The position numbers were made by a program, and so were the translations under genes. Under the pieces are notes generated by a model. It did no database searches and was not told where the DNA came from. It worked only from the letters and a program-made list of their open reading frames with translations. Of a stretch of 47,582 nucleotides of DNA, positions 24,579-34,900 are shown piece by piece (position 1 is the stretch's first letter; each line of letters opens with the position of its first letter). This DNA is from Mesotaenium endlicherianum (lineage: Eukaryota), in contig WELA01000540.1 of NCBI GenBank assembly GCA_009602735.1, positions 7,632 to 55,213 of the forward strand, written 5' to 3'.

Positions 24579-25975
24579 NCCTGCCAGCCCACAGCCCAAT
24601 ATCCCCTGCCCCCTTGGCCCCAGCCTACCCGCCACTGCTTCAGCCCCTGTTCTGCAGAGAGACCCACCTGCTACACCCATTTGAGGCTCAGATGCTGAAT
24701 TGGATTTGGATTCAGATTTAGGCTCAGACTCAGACTTAGGCTCCGACGCCCAGTCAGATGCACGTGCGGATTGAGAGAAAGAGTCAGTGCCTGCGGGGAC
24801 GGAGGCCTGCTTGTATGCCTGCTTGCATGCGGGTGGCGTCAGTCGCCACCTGGTGTGCTGCTTCTGCCCGAGGACCCCTTGGTGGAGCCGTCGGCAGGTG
24901 GAGCGCTGTGCTCGGCGAGGTGGTGAGCCTCCAGCTTCTGGGGCCAGCAGCGGTTGCCAGGGGCATGTGCTGCCCCTGCCGCCAGCTGGCGCATCCCATT
25001 GCTCAGGCTACGCCATCTCACCACCCCCTTTGTCCGCCACCGCAGAATGCAGCCTTTCTCTCTCTTACCGCCGCCGCTGCTGTTTCTGCCGCTGTTGTGC
25101 GACTGCTGCTGCTGCTGCTGACCCTGCTGCCGCCGCTGCTGATGTGCCGCGTCGTCGTCGCCGCTCCACCTGGCAGGGCGGCCGCGCTCGGCGAGGAGTT
25201 CCGGCAACACCTGTCGCGCGTCCAGCAGAAGTTCCCCCGCATGATCAAGGAGGTGCGCGGGCGGGGCCTGCTGAACGCCGTCGAGATGGACCCCTCGGGC
25301 CTGGAGGGGGGCGTGACGGCGTACGACGTGTGCATCGGGCTGAAGGAGCGGGGCATTCTGGCGAAGCCCACGCACAACACCATCATCCGCCTCGCGCCGC
25401 CCCTCACCATGAGGTGGGTGCTCAGTGATCTCTTTTCTTATGTTCACATACCCTTGCTCTCCTGCTCCTCGCTGCCTCTGGCCTCCCTCTCCCGACTGCG
25501 TGCGGTGGCATTCTGTTTCACCTGTACTCTCAAACTTGCTCTCTCTTCTGCCCAATGTGTCCAGGCCAGTCAGCAGTGTATGAGGAAAAGATTTGTGTTT
25601 GCCCTTCTCAATAGGTGGTGTGTTCCTACCTGCCTTTCATTTCTTCTTCTCGGTCTTTTATCCCGCCTCCTTTGGTTGCATTCAACTCTGGGTTCTGTTT
25701 GCGCTCTTCTCGCTCCCCGCTCACCATATCTTCTCTTGCTCCCTCAGTGTGTATTTCGTGTGTGCCGTGCCCGTCCCTGTGCGCGCCGTGCTGGACTTGA
25801 CCTTTTTTTTTGGGGCGCCGATGGCAACAGCTCGCAGAACCTGAAGGACGCAGCGCAGGCGCTCCATGACGTGCTCGAGTTTGACATGGCGGGCCTCATG
25901 CGCCGGGCGGCCCGCCGGCCCCCCCCCCCTCCCCCGCCCACGTGCGACCGCTGCGGGCGCGTCCAGCACTCGTGA
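17355..25975 (+). CDS. OAT: Ornithine delta-aminotransferase (class III PLP enzyme), probably mitochondrial, 10 exons, 496 aa
   Basis: Exons 17355-17575, 18099-18207, 19691-19921, 20921-21080, 22345-22400, 22807-22959, 23625-23722, 24442-24522, 25177-25413, 25831-25975; 1491 nt in frame. Motifs [74 protein letters not shown] (PLP Lys), [11 protein letters not shown]-terminal CDRCGR. Arg/Ser-rich presequence-like N-terminus. Confidence 0.96.
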
Positions 25976-28561
25976 GGTCTCGGCAGCACTCTCTCGCGAT
26001 CTCAGCAAGCACGGCGCGGCAACGCTTGCGTGAGAGTCCAGCGCTGGCGGATCGGCGATGGTTGCGCTCTTGACACGCAATGCGGCAGCACTCTCTCGGC
26101 GTTGGGGCGCGGTCTCTCGCCCGCCTCCCCTTGCGACACCTGGCATTGTCTCTCTGGCGACGTCGGAGGAGGAAGAGAGCGGCGAGCAGTGGGCGGCGCT
26201 TGCGTGATGCTGCAGCAGGCATTCTTTGGTTCGAAGTCCTGCAAGTTTGCAGTTGTGATGTCAGCCCCTGGTTATTTCAGCCCCGTAGCTGACGTTTCCC
26301 CCCCAGGAGGAGGGAAGGCATTGGCATCAGGGTGTTGGGATTTTGCTGTAGGAAGGGAACCTCTTGTGAGGCTTGGAGGATGTGGCCGGTTGGGATGTAA
26401 GGACGCTAGCTTGAGAGCTTGGAGATATGGGGAAATAATGTAGGAGGCTATATTAACGTATATCTAGGGAAATTTACACGTATATACATACATAGTAAAA
26501 ATGTAGCTAGAGAGCCCCAATGGTGAGCAACTTTTTAGGCCAACACTGAAGCAGCCCGTAATCAACCTGGGCGTCTGTAAGTTGTGAGATGTTCCTGTGT
26601 AGGTCCTTAAGTTTAATGTAGTATGTACTTCTTGATGCCATTCTTTGACACCTAAGAAGCTGCCTCTGGTTGCGGCAAGTCTCTTTTGAAAAGTGGTAGG
26701 CTGGAGCTTCTCGATTCGCATGTAGTATTATATTGTATAGATATAAAAGCATATATAGTAGGCATCTTGCTTAAGTCCGCATATATGTAGTTTATTTGCG
26801 TGTATGGAAACGCAACAATTTTGTAGATATTATAAAAAATGAAGTGTGGACAATGCCTCCTAGAGAATCAACATGTCGGCATCGTTGGCACTAGCATATT
26901 CTTTGAGAAATACGAGTGTTGAGCATGGTGGAGCATAACTGCAAGTTTGCCAAACAGTTTTTCCTTTTTAGAGTCTTTTTTATGAAGCCAATGTAGACTA
27001 TATAGGTTGCAGAAAGAGCTTAAGTGCCAGGTAGGAAGAGATGTATTCAGAAGGTAACCAAATCACTTTTGAGTATGCATACATTGAAGCCATATACTTT
27101 AGAGAGTGTTTGCGAGGGAACAGCTTGTCATACCAAATGAAGATATTACATCTGCAAGCATTGAGCTATAACACAGAACAATCAATTCTCATGTGATGCC
27201 TGAATCTTAGACAGTGTGCTAGAGGATCCAAAAAAGCTTCATAAGAGTCATTGCCTTTAATTGTTACACTCAAGTACATGTGTAGCCATGAACATCTGAA
27301 TGAACAAGAGCTTGTACGCTAAATGTGCTTTTTTTTTCTTCTTTTTAAGCAACACACGGAAAGACTAAAAAGCCACAACCAAATCGAAGCACTCCGAGCC
27401 GGCGAGGCCCTTAGACGTCAAATTGAGATAAAGGAAGGTAAAGAAAACTTCACATATAAGCTTCCACACCCCCTACCAAGGAAACACCTAGTGATGAAAA
27501 CATTCTTCAATATCACAAATGAACTATTAAGACCCTGGCAGAGACGGTTTTTGTGACGGTCTTGAGTGTATTAGCGCAGACAATCTAAAAGGATTGGCAG
27601 CTATACATTGTCCTCAAGGAATAGGACTAAGGAGAAGACGAATGCAGCTCCACCGGAGCACAAGAAATATGACACGAAGTATATGGCCTGCGGTGGACAG
27701 GTATTACAGGAGAATAAGACTTAAGACTTTCAGTGATAAGCTTCTGCAGATGCAAATGCACAGTAGAAAGAGCTAGTGAGACCTCGTAAGAATCGACAAA
27801 TCAAGGATTCAAAAGAAATCATGCCTAATGACTACACGTCCATAAATAGACGAAAGGATTCTTGCAAGTACTGGGTACAGGTCGTGCCTAAAAACAAGAG
27901 CGTTCACTCACCCTGCACAATTAGCACCTCCTGCTAGCAATGAAAAACACCGGAAAAGAAAAAAGGTCAACCCATGACATTTTGTTAGCGACATGATGAA
28001 CTGATCGGGGAACAATCAAGCTTTCCATTCTCAACGAAGTATACATTGTGAAAAAGCATCACAAAGTCCAAATATATATGACCCCTCCGCAACTTAGCCT
28101 GCTTTGGACATAAAACTTGCATAACTATCTAGCCTTCGGGAGTCGGGTTCCTTAACGGGCCAGCATCGGACGTCTAGAGTCTGGACTCTGGACTCTGGAG
28201 TCTGGACTGATCCCCGACCGACTAACCGACACGTTTTGTGTAAATATAGAGGGGTGCCGATTACGCGTGCGATCTGGTGCCATCAATACGTCTCGCTCAA
28301 TTCCACCAGGATCCACTCTTGCTCGTGCTTGCTCAGGCCAGCTCAGACTTGCGGAAGGCCAGGCCAGTGCAGGCCAGGCTCAGGCTCATTCGCTCATTCA
28401 GGCTGCAGCCTGGAGTGGCCTGGAGCCCACTGGAGCTGCACTGGAGCCAGCATAATTAAAGGCCGATCTCGGAAAATGTGGGCTGGTCTGCGCTGATCTG
28501 GGTGGATTGAAGGCGACTGAAGGTAGAGTGACACTTGGCAATACAAGATGACTAGAAGGTA

Positions 28562-28837
28562 GCCACGTGTCAAGCAGATGAGCGATCTTTCCACTCGTTT
28601 CAGTCTGGTCCATTTGGGTCCAAGCGCTTTCGCTGTACACAAGGTGCAGCGACGTAACTTGGGCGTTGATGAATCTAAAAGAGTCGTGTAATTGCGAGTG
28701 ACGATACATGGTGTTCGTTCCTGCGAGCTAGCTGTGTGCACAGTGCATCCATCACAACTGTAATAACAGGTAATTACAGTGACGCTAGTGAAGCTGGTTT
28801 ATCAAGTCACTCAACGACTGCGATAAGCTTGCTTATC
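28562..28837 (+). promoter_or_regulatory. Putative MDAR promoter elements: G-box/ABRE (CACGTGTC) and an inverted pair of I-boxes
   Basis: CACGTG at 28564-28569; GATAAGC-TT-GCTTATC at 28822-28837, about 90 bp before ATG 28928. Motif match only. Confidence 0.35.
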
Positions 28838-28927
28838 AGCTGACAGGGGCTGTAGTGCAGCCTGATTGATGCGCCAACCTTTCTAAGGTCGGATACTTTC
28901 AACACTAAATTCTTAGTTGGTATCATC

Positions 28928-31900
28928 ATGTCCGCCCTTTGTACTCTCTCCAGGTCAGCCGTTGCGTTTTCCAGACGTCATTGGGCGCATCCTCTGCACG
29001 GCTCTCGTGGAAGCTCTGTTTTTGGGGTCAGAATACCCCTCGTTGCTGACAAGCGCCATAATGTAAAGATATTTCGAGCCTTCAATACGACAGCTTCACT
29101 GCAAGATACGACGAAGGAGTAAGAACCTTCATATCTAATTGCAATACCTGCGAGTGAGAACTAACTAAGAAGATATGATATCAACACCTTGATCACATCT
29201 ACGGACATCCATAAGTAAATTCAAGTCCACTTGCTTGGTGCGGGCACATTTGTGTTCTTGTTTCGCAGCTGAGAAATTTCCGTTCTGAGTTGTAGTGTAC
29301 TGAGCGAAACGATAGCTGCTGCTTTCTCCATGTGCACTGCTCTCCTTTCCTCTTTCTCTTTCAAACTGTTGTCTTCCTGGCCTAAAATCAAATCACACAC
29401 CCGCATGTACACCTCTTACTCTATGCAGTTATACTTGCCTCTGTCAGAGTCGTTCGAAATCACAAGTCAGGGAACAGCTTAATGCCTAGACAAAGAGCTG
29501 TTAAGTTAATATATACATGAATATATACAAGTATATACATATAGGAGCAGCTCGTCATGATCCACCACTGGTAGAGCACGTGGGTGCCTTAGTGTGAGTT
29601 CTGAAGCTGATCCCGCTCATGTGTGCGTATGGCAGATATGTCATTGTTGGTGGTGGCAATGCAGCTGGCTATGCGGCCAAGGCATTTGTTGACAATGGCA
29701 AAGCCCAGGGGAAGCTGCTCATCATTGGAGCAGAGGTGTGCAATAGAAACAGACTCTGACGTCATATTACGTGTATATCACGCATAAAGTAGGAGGAATT
29801 GATACTTGAATAGTGGCAGAACTTAGGGTGTATCGACGTACAAGAATGCCTGCAGCATGCCTCCTCCTCCCTGGCTTTTGCCCCCGTGAAGCCTCCTCAC
29901 CAAGCCAAACTGAAGGGTGGGAGCAGAGAATCCAGCGCTGGGATAGACAGTGGGATGCATTGAATGGGATAAATTGAGATGCATTAAATTGGTGTCAAGG
30001 GGGTCAATTGCAATTTGGCTGTGGAAGTTATTGTCTAGAAAATATCAGCTGCGGTCCTGTCTTAGCCATCGTTTCTGCAAGAGCTCCACCTGCACTGCTC
30101 CATCTGGTCTGCTTGTGCCTTAGGATTTCAGGTCAAAGTCAAAAGCTGCTGGTCAAGGTCATAAGTTTCAGGTCAAAGTCAAAAGCTGCAGGTTAAGGTC
30201 AAAAGCTTCAGGTCAACTTTGTAAGCTTCAGTCAGATCAATGCCATTGGCTCAAGTAATGACAGAATATGCAGGCTATCACCTGGTTATATACCCTCTGC
30301 TTGATATTCTTCTCTTTTTTATGATTTGGGGGGGGGGGGGGAATTGGCATGTGCAGGGAGTGGCTCCTTACGAACGACCAACTCTGAGCAAAGCCTACCT
30401 GTTTCCCCTTGACCAGAAGCCAGCCCGTCTTCCCGTGAGTGTCACTTCTCTTTCTCTGCCCCTCTCCCTCTCTCTCCTTCTCCCCCCCCTCTCCCTCTCT
30501 CTCTTTCCCCCTGCACACGTGTGTGAGAGTGGGAGGGAAGGAGGGACGGAGGGACGAGTGTCTTCTAGAGTTCTTTCCTTGTTGTGTGCTATGGATCTAG
30601 TATTTTTTCGTGTGGATTTTCCGTTGGCTTCTTCCATGGCAACAAATTTCCCAGGGCACAAGACGGCAGTAAGGTCTTTTGCAAATTGTTGTGCTCCTCA
30701 TAGCTGTGGCTGACAGTTTTTGTTTAGGGTCATAATAACAAAAAGTAGTGCCATCCTCACTGCCTGGAGTCGATCCAAATTAATCTGACTGAAGTCATCA
30801 TCCTTCGAATCAAGTCTGAGCAAGTTCCAAAGGGAGAGGGAGAAAGCCATCCAGATGTGGACTGAACATCATTGTCGTCTGCTTACTGCCACGTGTCAAA
30901 AGGAAGGACAGTTGCGACTGTGACTTGCTGTGCATGCAGAGGTAGAGGGGGAATTAACGCCCAAGTGTACCTTTCCCTCTTCATAACCCTCTTTGTTGTG
31001 ATGCGATGAGCGGCCAGGTGGCGATGAGCGGACAGATGGCGACTGTGACGAGTGCCGCTTGATGATGTACGGGCGCAGGGGTTCCACACAACTGTCGGCG
31101 GCGGAGGGGACAAGCAGACCGTCGAGTGGTACAAGGAGCAAGGCATCGAGGTAGCGTCCCCTCTCTGGTTTCTTCGCTCGCGTCTTGCACTTTCACAACC
31201 ATGCCTCTCCCTAACTCCTGCAGTGAGAACAAAGGACCGTGAGGAGCAAGGCATCGAGGCAGCAACCCCTCTTGGGTTTCTAATTACTTCAACTCCTGCT
31301 CTTTTCCACAACCATGACCCCTGCAATGAGAATTAAGCGCGATGCTACTGTCTCTTTGGCTGTTAGACTTGGTCCTGGGAAGATAAAGCTAGTTAGGGCC
31401 CAGAAGAAGAAGAAGGGGAGGGGAGGGGAGGGGANNNNNNNNNNNNNNNNNNNNNNNNNNNNNNNNNNNNNNNNNNNNNNNNNNNNNNNNNNNNNNNNNN
31501 NNNNNNNNNNNNNNNNNNNNNNNNNNNNNNNNNNNNNNNNNNNNNNNNNNNNNNNNNNNNNNNNNNNNNNNNNNNNNNNNNNNNNNNNNNNNNNNNNNNN
31601 NNNNNNNNNNNNNNNNNNNNNNNNNNNNNNNNNNNNNNNNNNNNNNNNNNNNNNNNNNNNNNNNNNNNNNNNNNNNNNNNNNNNNNNNNNNNNNNNNNNN
31701 NNNNNNNNNNNNNNNNNNNNNNNNNNNNNNNNNNNNNNNNNNNNNNNNNNNNNNNNNNNNNNNNNNNNNNNNNNNNNNNNNNNNNNNNNNNNNNNNNNNN
31801 NNNNNNNNNNNNNNNNNNNNNNNNNNNNNNNNNNNNNNNNNNNNNNNNNNNNNNNNNNNNNNNNNNNNNNNNNNNNNNNNNNNNNNNNNNNNNNNNNNNN

Positions 31901-34900
31901 NNNNNNNNNNNNNNNNNNNNNNNNNNNNNNNNNNNNNNNNNNNNNNNNNNNNNNNNNNNNNNNNNNNNNNNNNNNNNNNNNNNNNNNNNNNNNNNNNNNN
32001 NNNNNNNNNNNNNNNNNNNNNNNNNNNNNNNNNNNNNNNNNNNNNNNNNNNNNNNNNNNNNNNNNNNNNNNNNNNNNNNNNNNNNNNNNNNNNNNNNNNN
32101 NNNNNNNNNNNNNNNNNNNNNNNNNNNNNNNNNNNNNNNNNNNNNNNNNNNNNNNNNNNNNNNNNNNNNNNNNNNNNNNNNNNNNNNNNNNNNNNNNNNN
32201 NNNNNNNNNNNNNNNNNNNNNNNNNNNNNNNNNNNNNNNNNNNNNNNNNNNNNNNNNNNNNNNNNNNNNNNGGGGTGGGGGGCGGTCACTTGGAGCTGGC
32301 CTTTTGTGAGTGCCCTGGACAACGCACTTCACGCGGCACGGCTCTTGGAGAGGGAAGCAGAGGCCCGTTTTTGATTCTCGATCGCCTCTTCATGCACAGA
32401 GACTCACCACTCCAACTTGCAGACCCTCGCAAACATCGAGGCTGGCAGCGAGGCGGCCGGCCGAGGGGAGGAGAGGGGGGGGCAGGGGAGGGGGGGCAAG
32501 GGAGGGGGACGCGTTACCTGCCGGGATCCAGTTGCCAGTCCAGTGCTCGATGGGATTGCCGGGTGAGCTGTGCTGCCTGGAAGCTGTGTGCCTGTTCATT
32601 CCGGGCTGCACTCTCGCGGCACCCAAATCCTTATTTGCTTGTCACAAATCCAAAGCAACTTTGAGAGCTTTGCTCCACGTTTCCCTCTCCGCTGCTCTCC
32701 TCTCCTCCTGGCCCCTTGTTGGTTCCGCTGGCCTGCGTGGGCCGCAGGAGCCCAAGGAGCAAAAGGGGTGAGAAGGGACTGCAGCTTCTTCCACTTGTGT
32801 GTTCCCAGTTCACGCTGAGTTCTTTCACTGAGTTTCTTGCCGGCGGCTTATTCGAATGGCCTCTCTGGTGGTCCACGCTGACGGCAGGCCCGCCAGCAAC
32901 CAGAGCACGGCACCAGAGCTTGTCTGACCGCCGATGTGAAAGACAAGCAGAAGGGGCGAAGGGGTGTAGCATGCTGCATGCTCCATGGTGCCTGCTGCTG
33001 CTGAGTTCTTTGGAGGTTCACATGCAAGGGCTCTGTCGGTCCGGGGCGGGTCGCTGGCTGGCTGGCTGGCTGGCTGATCGCTCGCGCCCCATGTAGTACC
33101 CCACGCAGACCTCCTTTCAAGTAATGTGCTGTCGCGGGCGTGTTCTCCTTTCGTTCCTCTTGTGGGCACGCCGGCAGGCAAGGCAGGCACGCCTGTGTTG
33201 CATTCGTGTGTCGCCTTTGCAAGGGACCTTCCCCGCTTGTGGTCACAAGTCGACGCAAACTGCGTGTCTATTGTATTCCAATAGCCGGCCCACTTTGCGT
33301 GAATCGTATACTGATAGCCAGCACACACTCGCGCGCATTTCATTCCAAGCGATAGCAAAGAATGCACAATTGCTCCAGTGAAGGAGCGCTCAAGTGCTTA
33401 AGTGCTCCGTTAGATCGTGCCCCCGGATGCTCCTGCTTGAGAATCGAAAGCTCCCCGTGGCCTGGCCCCCTCCGATTAATGACCGCGTCTGTCGTACAAG
33501 CTGACGACAGGGGGGGAGGAGGAGTTCTCTCGTCTGACACCGGTGCCTGTCCTCTCGGAGCTTGCACCCCCCGATTAATGACGCCCGCGTCTATCGTACA
33601 GGCTGACCATGGGGGGAGCTCTCTTGCCTGACACCAGTGCCTGTTCTCTCTCGGAGCTTGCAGTCTGCCAGCAGACGTGGGGGGGAGCCTGCCGGGCGTG
33701 GAGTACATCCGAGACGTTGCCGACGCCGACTCTCTCATCAAGAGCCTGGTGAGGCCTCGGGAAATGCGATCTGGTGTAGTCGGACCCATGCTGACGTGTG
33801 TGAGCATGTACGTGTACACACACGCATGCACGCTCGTGCGGGCACACTCATGCGTACGCTAGGTTGCAACACACACATACACACACTTACACACGCACAC
33901 ACACACATTGAAATATACTCGTAGACATACATGGATACATGCATATACAAATGTATATGCATACATATAACTTACACACGTGTTACATGTGCGTGCAGAC
34001 ATCCATAAGAGTGAAGCTGATGCTTGTGCGTGCGTGTGCACATGTGTGGTATGTGGCGCGCGGGCGCGGCTCGGGTTCTGCAGGAGCAAGCAAAGAAGGT
34101 AGTCATCGTGGGGGGCGGCTACATTGGCTTGGAAGTGGGGGCCGCCGCCACCGCCTGGAACCTCGACACCACTGTGAGCTTTCCCCTCTTAAGCCTTAAA
34201 CTCTTCTGAAACCCTCCCCCNNNNNNNNNNNNNNNNNNNNNNNNNNNNNNNNNNNNNNNNNNNNNNNNNNNNNNNNNNNNNNNNNCCCTCCCCCCCTTTT
34301 CCACTTTGAGAACCTACGTCCCTACACCGCACTGCTGCTGCCAGTTGACCCTTGCTGACCCGTATGGGTCAGGCGTCGACGTTTTCACGTGCACTCGGAT
34401 GGCGTTCCTGGGCCGCTGTGGGGCTTACACGTGTCAGCTCGCAAAGAAGCCTCGTGGAGCTGTGCATTGGCACCGTATAGGCGTGAGCGTGTGCGTGTGC
34501 ATGCGCGCGTGCTCGCGTGCAGGTGTGGGCCGGTGTGCGTGCGTGTGTGCGTGCATGCGAGCGTGCACGCAAGTGTGCGGGAATGCCAAGCTCCGATACG
34601 CCACGTGGAGGATCCTCCAGCTCTTGCAAGTTTGCCCAGGTCCCGGAGACGGGCCCTCTTACATGCAAGTACAAGTGTGTGGGTGTGTGTGTGTATGCAT
34701 GCGTGTCTCTTGTGTGTGTGTTCATGTGTCTGTGTCTGCCTGTGCGCATATGTTTATGCTTCTCCTTGTGTGCGCATGCGCGCGTGCTTGTGCGTGTGCA
34801 TGTGCGCGTGTGTGTGCCGCGTGGTTGGTGGAGCAGATGGTGTTTCCGGAGGAGCACGTGATGCCGCGCCTCTTCACCAAGGACATCGCGGCGCACTACC

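Noticed and set aside
26950..28000. Short ORFs between OAT and MDAR
   Set aside because: No recognisable motifs and no consistent exon chain.
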